From IMG/VR virus record IMGVR_UViG_3300021420_000016, positions 64,001 to 128,000 of that record: 64,000 bases of DNA; one strand, given 5' to 3'. Of the stretch, positions 15,877-24,692 are shown one piece after another; the stretch's first letter is position 1, and the number at the start of each line of letters is the position of its first letter. This DNA is from a virus. The notes under the pieces were generated by a model, which did no database searches, had not been told where the DNA came from, and was given only the letters and a program-made list of their open reading frames with translations. Made by a program: the position numbers and the translations under genes.

Positions 15877-16062
15877 GTTACGCCACGTGTTTCCAGGTGC
15901 GCCCACACCGAATATCGCTGATCGTGGCCTTGTGAACTCCCAGCAGTTTGGCAAGGGCAATCCCCCGACGCATGAGCCGTTCGCGGCCAGCCACTTGGCT
16001 CTCCTGGCAGCGACCCACTCCCGCATGTACTTTCGCTGCCGCTCAGGATCGGCATAAGGCAT
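15853..16062 (-). pseudogene. HNH endonuclease N-terminal remnant
   Basis: MPYADPERQRKYMREWVAARRAKWL..GSCV resembles the start of 11395..11895; no HNH core. Confidence 0.55.
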
Positions 16063-16104
16063 GCGAACGGTATATCGCAGTTAGCCCTTTGACCTGTACT
16101 CTTG

Positions 16105-16182
16105 TGGTCGGGATGGGGTGATTCGAACACCCGGCCTCCTCGTCCCGAACGAGGCGCGCTGACCAAGCTGCGCCACATCCCG
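16105..16182 (-). tRNA. tRNA-Pro(CGG)
   Basis: loop TT-CGG-GA, CCA. Confidence 0.94.
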
Positions 16183-16414
16183 TTTGCCGGTTCCCTCCCA
16201 GGGCGTGCCGCCAGTGCAGGCAGAGAACGTTCCGTCCCCTTGCCGGAAAGAGGGACCCAGGCCCCTCGCGCGTCCGGGCGGGGAGACTTCCCCGGGGGCG
16301 GACTGTGATGCGCATTGCACGGCGGTCCCTGGTTGCCGGATCAGCCCTCCGCAGTTTGCTGTGTGGTACGTCACTTCTGCGAGCGATATCCGGCCCGGCT
16401 AGCGGGGACCGTAG

Positions 16415-16487
16415 TGGAGTTACAGGGACTCGAACCCTGGGCCTCCGCGTTGCGGGCGCGGCGCTCTCCCGGCTGAGCTATAACCCC
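16415..16487 (-). tRNA. tRNA-Ala(CGC), C33
   Basis: G3:U70, loop CC-CGC-AA. Confidence 0.9.
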
Positions 16488-16585
16488 TCAAGCGTGGTGG
16501 CCTCCGGTTGTTTGTCCCTTATTTAGCAGGGAGAGCCACGTATTCCCCGGAGGTTGCCCCCGGCGCCAGTCCGGGACCCCCCTTG

Positions 16586-16658
16586 TGGAGCTACGCGGAT
16601 TCGAACCGCGGACCCTCTCGATGCCATCGAGATGCTCTGCCAACTGAGCTATAACCCC
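16586..16658 (-). tRNA. tRNA-Ala(GGC)
   Basis: G3:U70, loop AT-GGC-AT. Confidence 0.93.
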
Positions 16659-16845
16659 ATCTGGGCGGTTAGAACTGCCGCTCCCCCACTGGCCCAGAGT
16701 GGGCCGGCGGGATCATCGACGGGCAGAGACCACCCACGCGGGACTTATGGCCGCCCGCCTTTTCGTTTGGTGCTCACGCTATGCAAGTTTCAACCACCGG
16801 GCGGGTTCACCAGCCTTACCTCTCGGTCGCGCTGGTGCCGCTTCG

Positions 16846-16918
16846 CCCGGACGGAGGGACTCGAACCCTCAACCAACGGTTTTGGAGACCGTCACTCTTC
16901 CAATTGAGCTACGTCCGA
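16846..16918 (-). tRNA. tRNA-Trp(CCA)
   Basis: loop CT-CCA-AA. Confidence 0.92.
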
Positions 16919-16938
16919 CTGCTTGGCTTGTACCTACG

Positions 16939-16976
16939 AAAAAAACCGCCCCTTTCCGGCTTCCCGGGGGGCGGTT
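16939..16976 (-). terminator. intrinsic terminator (attenuator) just upstream of the first tRNA
   Basis: AACCGCCCC..CCGG-GAAG-CCGG..GGGGCGG followed by T7. Confidence 0.85.
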
Positions 16977-16993
16977 CCTGGTTCGCTTGCCTG

Positions 16994-17116
16994 CTATCCA
17001 GAAACCTCCCTGCCGGGGGTGCGCCCGTTGCCGTCGCTCAGGGCAGCCGCCGGCTGCGAGAACGGGTACGCGGATGCGTGCCGTTCGTCGCGCTCGATGA
17101 CTTGCCAGAGTTTCAC
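16994..17116 (-). CDS. putative 40-aa attenuation leader peptide
   Basis: GGAAGG RBS, GTG start; MKLWQVIERDERHASAYPFSQPAAALSDGNGRTPGREVSG; 3' end complementary to terminator left arm. Confidence 0.7.
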   Translation of the reverse strand: MKLWQVIERDERHASAYPFSQPAAALSDGNGRTPGREVSG

Positions 17117-17150
17117 GGGTACTGCCTTCCGGTTGGTGCTGCTGGTATCA

Positions 17151-17180
17151 AGGGTACGGGGTGCAGTGGGCTGTGCGCAA
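17151..17180 (-). promoter_or_regulatory. sigma70/HrdB-like promoter of the tRNA/Y RNA/Ro unit
   Basis: TTGCGC-N18-TACCCT. Confidence 0.6.
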
Positions 17181-17203
17181 CGGGTATTGCCGGACGTGAT
17201 CAC

Positions 17204-17247
17204 AAAGAAGCCGGGCCTCCCGCACGCCCAGTGCGGGAAGCCCGGCC
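17204..17247 (-). terminator. terminator insulating the tRNA operon from the upstream gene
   Basis: GCCGGGCTTCCCGCAC..GTGCGGGAGGCCCGGC then TTCTTT. Confidence 0.75.
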
Positions 17248-17261
17248 GCCTTAGCGGGGAC

Positions 17262-18098
17262 TTACCGCCACCTGGGCAGCTTCCTGCTGCGGCGCCCCTG
17301 GTTGTACGCGTCGGTGACGAGTTCGGCGACGCTGTTGGCGACGGAGCCGCCACGGACGCGCTTGAGGCCGCTGGACTTGTACAGCAGTTCCTGGGGGCCG
17401 CCTTCGAGGTCCATGAGCTGCTGCACCATGTGGTCGGTGTCGATGGCCAAGCCGTGCCGGACGAACAGTGCGCCGATGCCGCCGATGATCGCCGAGTCGC
17501 CGGCTTTGAGGTCGTGCTGCCACGCCTGCACGATCGTCTGGAGGGTGCTTGCGAGGACGAACTGCGGGTCGTCCGGATGGTGGCGCTCGTCGTCCTTCCA
17601 CAGTCTCTCCAGCGTCGAGACCGCCGTGATCACGCCCGGCCCGGGGACGACGTCGACCTTCCAGCCTGCCAGTTCGGCGGTCTTAAGGATCGCGCAGGCG
17701 ACCGGGTCGCCTTGGGTTACCCGTGCCTTGAACCGGTGGCCCGGGGTGACTGCCCGGCCGGAGTTCAGCAGGACGAACAGGCCGGCTTCCTGGGCGAGGT
17801 CGAGGCCGGTGTAGATTTCGCAGAGAATGCCGGGCCCATAGTCGCAGGCCTGGCAGAGGGCGATCCGGTTCTGGCCGTCCACGACGACGAAGGTCCCGTC
17901 GGCGCGCTGCGACACTGCGGGGATGCCCAGGGCGTCTGGGCGGAACCTTTTGACGCGGGCCTGTACCCAGTTCGGGTCCACGTCGCGCGTGTTGACGCGC
18001 TGGTCCCGGGTGATTTTATCGATCGGGACAAGCGCGACCCGGTCGGGGGCGGGCAGTCCGGTGCTGTTAGTGGTTGCTGGTGCCGTCGCCGTAGCCAT
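17262..18098 (-). CDS. ParB/Srx-like (DUF6551-type) protein
   Basis: LGIPAVSQRADGTFVVVDGQNR. Confidence 0.7.
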   Translation of the reverse strand: MATATAPATTNSTGLPAPDRVALVPIDKITRDQRVNTRDVDPNWVQARVKRFRPDALGIPAVSQRADGTFVVVDGQNRIALCQACDYGPGILCEIYTGLDLAQEAGLFVLLNSGRAVTPGHRFKARVTQGDPVACAILKTAELAGWKVDVVPGPGVITAVSTLERLWKDDERHHPDDPQFVLASTLQTIVQAWQHDLKAGDSAIIGGIGALFVRHGLAIDTDHMVQQLMDLEGGPQELLYKSSGLKRVRGGSVANSVAELVTDAYNQGRRSRKLPRWR

Positions 18099-18963
18099 AG
18101 CGCCTGAGTTCCTTTCTGAACCGTTGAAGTACTCCGAGTGTCTCGTCGGCTCTGTGTCCCCACCGCTTGATGACATCGCTGGGGATCCCTGTGTCCAGGG
18201 GCATGGCCGTGGACAGGCCGGCGATGATTCCCCCGAGGGCGGCGAGGGCCGCGCTGACCGAATCTTCCTGGCTGCGGCTGGGCAGCCTGCGGGGGCCGTG
18301 GGATGGTGCCGGTGGCCACTCGCTGGCCCCGGTCCGGTACAGCCGCTGCGCAGCCTTCAGGTCACTTGGCCGCCTGATGAGGGCGAGGGCCTCGCGAGCC
18401 CGCGCCTGCTCTTCTGCGGGAATGCGCTGCTGGCCGCCGCCCCGGAGCGGGCGGTAACCGCGGGCGGCGAGCACCAGTTCCCGCGCGGCGCCGTATTGGC
18501 TGCCGTTTAGCCCGAGTGCCCTCGCCATCTCTTCCCGCCGCAGGTCGCGGCGGCCGGCCGTGGCCGTGGATCCGTCCCTGGGCCACCATTGCAGTTCCCG
18601 GAGCGCGAGATCTATGCCGATCGCCTCGGCAACAGTGAGTGGGTGCACGCATTGCACGTTCTGCGCGTCGCGGCGGATCCGGTCTAGTGCCTCTTGCACG
18701 GTGGTGATGGTTTCGGCGGGGATGCGCCGCCAGCCGAGCCGGCGGCAGGCTTCCAGTCGCCGGCGGCCAAGAATAAGCCGGCCGGTGGGGCCGGCGGTGA
18801 TGGGATAGTGGAGCCCTTCGGCGGCGATGGAGGCCATCAGGGGGCCCAGGTCTCCCAGGTTCCGCCCGGCGCGTTCACCTAGGTCGATCGAGCCGATGTC
18901 CATCTCATCCTCCCCGGGGAGGAGAGTGGCGTGCCCGGGGGCGGGAGACGGTGGTGCTCTCAA
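18067..18963 (-). CDS. ParB N-terminal-domain protein with HTH
   Basis: LMASIAAEGLHYPI...LILGRRRLEACRRLGW; start TTG 18963 (strong RBS) or ATG 18903. Confidence 0.75.
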   Translation of the reverse strand: MRAPPSPAPGHATLLPGEDEMDIGSIDLGERAGRNLGDLGPLMASIAAEGLHYPITAGPTGRLILGRRRLEACRRLGWRRIPAETITTVQEALDRIRRDAQNVQCVHPLTVAEAIGIDLALRELQWWPRDGSTATAGRRDLRREEMARALGLNGSQYGAARELVLAARGYRPLRGGGQQRIPAEEQARAREALALIRRPSDLKAAQRLYRTGASEWPPAPSHGPRRLPSRSQEDSVSAALAALGGIIAGLSTAMPLDTGIPSDVIKRWGHRADETLGVLQRFRKELRRYGYGDGTSNH

Positions 18964-18998
18964 TGGTTTTCCCTCCTTCGTGCGGGGACTGTACTGGT

Positions 18999-19673
18999 TT
19001 ATGCGGCGGCCTGTTCCTGCTCCTGCCAGAACTCCGTGACACCGGGCAGGGAGTGCTTCGGGCATGGTCCCGCAAGAGGGGCGGTGGGCCCGCATTCCGG
19101 GCACCAGCAGGTGACCTGAATGCCCGCGTGCATCATTTTTACGGCGCAATCCAGCGCCGCGGCGTTCTTGCGGCCAGGCTGGAGCAGTACCACTCCGCGG
19201 TGGGACAGTGGGGACGCGGCCACGAGTGCCGAGTTGCGGATCATTTCCGCGGCCGGGCAGTATGTGCCGGTGCCTGTTTCGCTGGTCTTGCGGTGCCCTG
19301 GGCTGGCGCCGAGGGGATAGCAGCCGTGGCACCACGCGTCCGGGTCTGCGGCGAATATCTTTGGTGGCAGCCAGCCGAGGCGGCGTGCCGCAGCGGTTAG
19401 CATCTGGTCGCCGCCGGTAAGGCTACCGCCGGTCCGTAGCTGGACGTCCTTCCTGCCGCCAGCCGCGTGGATAAGCGCGGCCATGGCCAGGGTGTGGCCT
19501 TGGGCCGCAGAACCGGACTGGCCAAGGGCGGGCGGGCCCGCGCCGGAGACGATAACCGGAGAGTCGAGTATCCGTACCCCGCTGTTCCCGTAATAGGCGG
19601 CCAGAATCTGGATCGCCCGCTTATTGACCGTCCCGGTCGCTGCGGTCGACGTGGCCGCGAGGATGGTGGCCAT
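18999..19673 (-). CDS. SLOG/DUF2493-like protein, paralog 1
   Basis: GGDQM..AARRLG, IRNSALV, LDCAVKM, C-terminal CxCxxC..CxxH. Confidence 0.55.
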   Translation of the reverse strand: MATILAATSTAATGTVNKRAIQILAAYYGNSGVRILDSPVIVSGAGPPALGQSGSAAQGHTLAMAALIHAAGGRKDVQLRTGGSLTGGDQMLTAAARRLGWLPPKIFAADPDAWCHGCYPLGASPGHRKTSETGTGTYCPAAEMIRNSALVAASPLSHRGVVLLQPGRKNAAALDCAVKMMHAGIQVTCWCPECGPTAPLAGPCPKHSLPGVTEFWQEQEQAAA

Positions 19674-19680
19674 GCCGGGC

Positions 19681-20013
19681 TCAGTGGGCCGATTCGTATT
19701 CGGCTATGACCGCCGCCGGTATGCGGCCGCGCTCGCTGACCTGATGGCCGTTCTGCTTCGCCCAGGCCCGGACGTCGGTGTTGTGGTCCCGGCTGGCGGC
19801 TGTGCGGCGGGGGCGCGCCTGGGACCGGCCCATAGTGGTGCGCCGGGCGTGCGGGATGATGTCATCGAACCGCTTGCGCAAATCCTTGGCGTGCGTGGCG
19901 CATGCGTCGATCTCATAGGAGGTGCCGTCGAAGGCGAAGCTGAGGGTCTCGTCCCCTGTGGTGCCATCGTCGTGCAGGTCGCATTCGTACGTCACTATGG
20001 TTTTCTGTGCCAT
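19681..20013 (-). CDS. lsr2: Lsr2 nucleoid-associated silencer
   Basis: FAFDGTSYEID; VRAWAKQNGHQVSERGRIP. Confidence 0.95.
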   Translation of the reverse strand: MAQKTIVTYECDLHDDGTTGDETLSFAFDGTSYEIDACATHAKDLRKRFDDIIPHARRTTMGRSQARPRRTAASRDHNTDVRAWAKQNGHQVSERGRIPAAVIAEYESAH

Positions 20014-20123
20014 CCTCTTCCGCTTTCTCCGAGTGGTGGTCCCCCGCGAGGGATGTCATACGCCACGATACCGCCGGCTGCCGGCACTGTGGGGCATTCA
20101 GCGCTTTTGATAGTCACTTAGGA

Positions 20124-20741
20124 CTATGCGCCGCTGAATATAGGCAGCACCCCCGTTTCCTTGTCCCAGCCGTCGAGTACCACGCGGGCCGAATGACGGC
20201 GGCACGGGCCGTCGAGGGACCTGAGCCCGCACGCATCGCAAAAGCACCGTAGGGGGACATTCGCATGGAACATTTTCACCGAGCAGTCGAGAGTACCGGA
20301 GTTGCGCAGCCCGGCAGTGAAGAACGCCAGCCCCCGGCGGGCCGGCGGGTCCTTGGCCACCATGGCACTGTTGCGCCGGAACCCGGCATCAGGGCACCGC
20401 TGCGGGCCGTGGCGGCGCCGCCGGTCATGGGATGGCAACCCGGCGGCGCGGGTGGTCCCGTCGGTGCACTGCGGGCACCAGGACTTCCAGTCGGCGGGCA
20501 TCGGGTCGGGCAGCACCTCGATGGCCGTGTACCCGGCGGCGTAAAGGGGCGCTTGCGCCCGGGCCCAGGCGTGCGCCTGCCGGTCGCCGCCGCGGGCCGC
20601 GCCGTGGGTCACCAGCATCCGCGCCGCGCCGGCAGCTACGGCTTCGCCGCAGGCCATATCCAGGGCCCAGGGCACCAGGCCGTCTTCGGGGAACGACCGG
20701 CCGGCGGTGACCTGCACCCGCCGCAGCCCAGTGTCACTCAT
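20124..20741 (-). CDS. SLOG/DUF2493-like protein, paralog 2
   Basis: VTAGR, HGAARGGD, AGFRRNSAMV, SGTLDC. Confidence 0.7.
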   Translation of the reverse strand: MSDTGLRRVQVTAGRSFPEDGLVPWALDMACGEAVAAGAARMLVTHGAARGGDRQAHAWARAQAPLYAAGYTAIEVLPDPMPADWKSWCPQCTDGTTRAAGLPSHDRRRRHGPQRCPDAGFRRNSAMVAKDPPARRGLAFFTAGLRNSGTLDCSVKMFHANVPLRCFCDACGLRSLDGPCRRHSARVVLDGWDKETGVLPIFSGA

Positions 20742-21144
20742 CCAGTTCCCCCGGCGGTATTTGGTAGTGACCGGTCCGCACCTGCTCCAGCTCCCCGTAG
20801 CGGGCCAGTGTCCCCAGGCCCTGGGCTGCGGCCTTTCGCGGGTCAGGCGCGGGGGTTACCCAGCCACGGGCGAGCATCCATTCCGCCGCCGGGCCAGCGG
20901 TGATGTCGTCGGCGGTGCCCTTCTCGCCCAGGTGCTGGATGTAGGCGCGCAGCAGCACGTAGGTGCCCCGGGGGCGGGCATGGGAATGCCGCCTGGGTGG
21001 CTGCCGGGCCAGAGCGCGCAGGGCCGCCTCAACGGAGCTTCGTTCCACGTTGAGCTGGCGCCTGTAAGCCCGCAGGGCGGCGGCGGCCTCGGCGCCTAGC
21101 CGGGCGAGAAGGCCGGGGTCCAGCTCATCCGGGTGGCTGGTCAT
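20734..21144 (-). CDS. hypothetical, possible winged-helix protein
   Basis: coupled ORF ending GELEQVRTGHY. Confidence 0.5.
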   Translation of the reverse strand: MTSHPDELDPGLLARLGAEAAAALRAYRRQLNVERSSVEAALRALARQPPRRHSHARPRGTYVLLRAYIQHLGEKGTADDITAGPAAEWMLARGWVTPAPDPRKAAAQGLGTLARYGELEQVRTGHYQIPPGELDE

Positions 21145-21767
21145 GGCTGCACCTGTACCCTCTGCGGGGGGACCCGGCTGAGGGCTTTGATGAATGCGGC
21201 TGAAACGACAGCCCACGTCTGGCCGGTGTCTCCGGTGAGGTGCTGGATCGCGAGCAGGCCCGACCAGGCAACCTCGCCCAGCGCGGCGAGCAGCTCGCCC
21301 TCGGTGCCGCAGGCGCCTTTGCGGTAGTTCTCCCCCGTCTGCCTGCTCAGGGCGGCCCATACGCGGCCCGCCTTTCCGCAGGGCGCGGTCACCCGGGCCC
21401 AGGTGTGGGCGGCGGGCGTGGCACCGACGGCGCCGAGCAGGCCCGCAATCGTCAGCGGGCCCCCATGGGGGCCGGGCACGGCAGCGGAAATAACAGCCCA
21501 TGTCGCGCTGGTGTCCTTGGTGAGATGCTGGATCGCGCACAGGGCCGCGGAGATGACGTCTCCTGCTTCTCCGAGCGCCTCGTCAAGGGTGCCTTGATAC
21601 CACGCGTCCCATAGTTCGCCGGCTTCCTCGCAGCACTTGGTCACCCGGGCCCACCTGAGGGCGAGCGGCTGGCCGCGGTACCCCGGGCCGGCGCTGGCGT
21701 CGATGTGGGCGTCAATGACTTCGACGGCGCCGAGGAGTTCCGCGAGGGTCAGGTGCTCAGCCTTCAC
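21141..21767 (-). CDS. MazG-like protein with internally duplicated domain
   Basis: WARVTKCCEEAGE..EAGDV..AIQHLT, repeated as WARVTAPCGKAG..LGEV..AIQHLT. Confidence 0.65.
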   Translation of the reverse strand: MKAEHLTLAELLGAVEVIDAHIDASAGPGYRGQPLALRWARVTKCCEEAGELWDAWYQGTLDEALGEAGDVISAALCAIQHLTKDTSATWAVISAAVPGPHGGPLTIAGLLGAVGATPAAHTWARVTAPCGKAGRVWAALSRQTGENYRKGACGTEGELLAALGEVAWSGLLAIQHLTGDTGQTWAVVSAAFIKALSRVPPQRVQVQP

Positions 21768-22462
21768 GCCGCCACCGGGCCCGGGCGTCTTCGAGGAGTT
21801 CCCCGATCGCGGCTGCGGCTGCGTCCGCGGTGGCTTTACCCCCGGCGGCGAGCCCTTCGGTGTAAATGAGAGGCGCCGCGGCGTTCAGGATGATGCGGGC
21901 CACTTCCCGGTCGGCGTCATGCGGCCCGTCGCCGCAACGGCAAATGGACTGGTGCCGGGCAGCCGCGCCGGCTTCCACGGCTTCGGGGAACTTCATGCTT
22001 GCGCCGGCCATCGCCGGGTCGTCTCCTGGATTCGCTGGGTCTCTCACCGGGCCTGTCCGCCTTCCCGGAACCGGACGGCCCGCCACACCGTCCGCTCGTA
22101 GTAGTCTCGCCGCTCCAGTTGCAGGCACACCATTCCGCAGCGCCGGGCGGCTTTCACGGCGTCCCGCCAGACCTGCCGTTCGTCGCGGTGCTTGTGGTAG
22201 CGGATCACTTCAACGTCGAGATACTGGCAGAAACCTTCCGCCCAGCCGATGTGCACGGCGTTGCCGGGGATCACCACGGAAAACCGGACGTCGAAGTTGC
22301 CAGGATGATTGGCGAGCCCGTCGTGGTATTCCCTGACCGTTTCGCCGTGGTGCACCCGGACGGTGCTGCCGTGCGGCAGGCAGGCGATGACGACCTCGTC
22401 CGCTCCGGGCCACGCCTCCACGACGGTCACGACGGCAGGTCCAGGATCTTGTACGACACCGC

Positions 22463-22921
22463 TCAGCCCCCCAGTTCGGCGCCCGTTAGCGATGCACCTT
22501 CAGCTACCTCCAGCGCGGCGGAAACGCGGGCGGACTGCTCGTCGTGACCGTGCTGGTCACGGAACTCAAGGAACAGGCCGATCGACTGGTCGGCGAGGTC
22601 GAACGCTTCACCCCGGGTGGGCCGGTGCTCGCGCAGCCTGCGGAGTTCGCGTACCACTGCGAGCACATTGACGTCCCCGTCTGGCGGGTTCCACATGGTG
22701 GACTTGTCCCAGTGATCAAGCGCGTCGGCCCGGGTCACCCCCGCCGCCTCGTACCGGTTCCTGTATGGACTGGCCGCGTCGCTGGTGCACGTCATCTTCA
22801 TGCCCCGCGAGTCCACGACGTGAAGCGGGGCGCCGCATACGCGACACACCCGGGGCTGCGCGTAGCGGAACTCAAGCGCCGCCAGGAGATCGTCCGTAAC
22901 GTCTGGGAGTTCGCCGGTCAT
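22463..22921 (-). CDS. hypothetical phage protein
   Basis: 152-aa ORF, CRVCG. Confidence 0.5.
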   Translation of the reverse strand: MTGELPDVTDDLLAALEFRYAQPRVCRVCGAPLHVVDSRGMKMTCTSDAASPYRNRYEAAGVTRADALDHWDKSTMWNPPDGDVNVLAVVRELRRLREHRPTRGEAFDLADQSIGLFLEFRDQHGHDEQSARVSAALEVAEGASLTGAELGG

Positions 22922-23216
22922 CGGTCAGCCCTCACGTCCGGGGTTCGCAGGTCGGGGCGCGAGCCTCCCGGCGCCGGCGCAGCTAGTCCCGTCGCCCCTT
23001 CCCGCTTCCCCTGCGGTCCCTCTGGTGCGCACTTGGGAGGCGTCAGGGGCGCCCGCCTCCCCACGGGACGTGAACGGCCGGGCCTCGAACCCGGTCTGGC
23101 TGCCTGCCGTTCTCACTGCGGATCCCTTCCTGCTCATGGTGGCTTACCACCTCCGGTTTCCGCTATCGTAACGCAGGAGTGGACAGGTGGCAAGCCACCA
23201 TGCGAGGATTCATGCC

Positions 23217-23405
23217 ATGCCGAGCCAGCACCGTTATCCGGCGATCACCTCGCGCGGGCCCGAGGACGTGAGGGAGCGCGCCCAGGCGGCCGCCGCTGCG
23301 GTCGGGTCGAATCTCAGCGCACACATCCTCGCGTTCGTGCGGTGGCTCGCCCACGACACCGACGAGCTTCCCGAGCGGCCCGAGCAGCCACCGCCCGGCA
23401 CCTAA
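23217..23405 (+). CDS. small ribbon-helix-helix-like regulator
   Basis: ITSRGPEDVRERAQAAA..NLSAHILAFV; opposite to surrounding genes. Confidence 0.5.
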   Translation: MPSQHRYPAITSRGPEDVRERAQAAAAAVGSNLSAHILAFVRWLAHDTDELPERPEQPPPGT

Positions 23406-24242
23406 CCCCTTCACCCTCTTCGGCATCCCCGCCGCACCTTTTCAGCGTCCTCCCGTGCTTGGTGAGCTCGCGCACAGCAAGGGCAGTACGTGCCATTACA
23501 CAGTCCAGCGGGATGCTCGACGCTCCCTTCGATCTCCGCCGCGAGCCGCTCGGCGAGCGCCATGTCGTTCCAGCGCATGAGCCACCCCTTGGTGCCGGGG
23601 AACAGGGTGATCATCGCCGGCCTCCCCGCCGTTCACGCAGCAGCATCGGCGCGCTCCCCCCTCGTGATCAGCCGGTCATACCTGCGGGCGGTGGCCACGG
23701 TTACCCGCAGCCGCAGTGCCGCCTGCGGCGGCGTGTACCCCGCAGCGAGCAGGCGCTCGTATTCGGCGACCCGGGCAGCGTGCGCCTGGCGGCGGACCCG
23801 ATTGGACCGGGCGGCCCGCTCAGCCTGAGGCATCGGCGGCGGCGGCCCGCTCTCCGGCCGGCCTGCCCGGTACCAGCGTTTCGTGCAAGCGTCACACCAC
23901 TGGTGTGCACCGGTGTAGTTACCCGGGGAGTCGGTGCGCTCGCGCCGTGGGTGGCCGCAGCGCGGCGCGATCTCAGGGGGCAAGGCAGCCATAAGAACCA
24001 CCCGAAGGCGCTGCCGTCAGGCGCCATCACCTCGAACGTGACCTTGGTGCATCCCGGCGACATCCGGTCCAGGGTCCTGCGCGCCAGTATTGCGCGGGCC
24101 GCGGACGGCACGCGGATCACCGTCTCGCCCGGCGCCGTGACCGCGGCCCGGATCTGCGCCGCGAGATCAGACAACTCGCGGTCAACAAAGTCGCCGCCGG
24201 CGGTGGGCTCGTTAGTCATGGCCGGACTCCTTCCCGGGGTGA

Positions 24243-24692
24243 TCAGAACGGCGGGTCCTCGGGGGCACCACTGGCCCACGGGTCTTCGGTGGGCGGTGCG
24301 GACGCGGCACCGGGCGCGGCCTGCTCGCGGGTACTGCGCTTCACGGTCGCTGACGCGCTGCGCAGCGACGGCCCGACTTCGTCGACCTCGATCTCGTAGA
24401 CGGTGCGCTTCTCGCCTTCCCTGGTCTCATACGAACGCTGGCGCAGCCGCCCGTTGACGATGACGCGCATCCCCCGCTGCAGGCTCTCGGCGACGTTCTC
24501 CGCCGCCTGGCGCCAGACGTTGCAACTCAGGAAGAGGCTGTCGCCGTCCTTCCACTCGCCTGTGGTGTTGTCGCGGAAGCGCGGCGTGGAGGCCACCCGG
24601 AAGGTGGCGACCGCCTGGCCCGTGGGGGTGTAACGCAAGCCTGGATCTTCAACCAGGTTCCCGACGATCGTTATCGGGGTATCGCCAGCCAT
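24243..24692 (-). CDS. ssb: single-stranded DNA-binding protein
   Basis: [26 protein letters not shown]; acidic tail EDPPF. Confidence 0.97.
   Translation of the reverse strand: MAGDTPITIVGNLVEDPGLRYTPTGQAVATFRVASTPRFRDNTTGEWKDGDSLFLSCNVWRQAAENVAESLQRGMRVIVNGRLRQRSYETREGEKRTVYEIEVDEVGPSLRSASATVKRSTREQAAPGAASAPPTEDPWASGAPEDPPF

Noticed and set aside
8424-16907. Many 60-190 aa ORFs across the tRNA array
   Set aside because: They overlap tRNA genes and are shadow translations.
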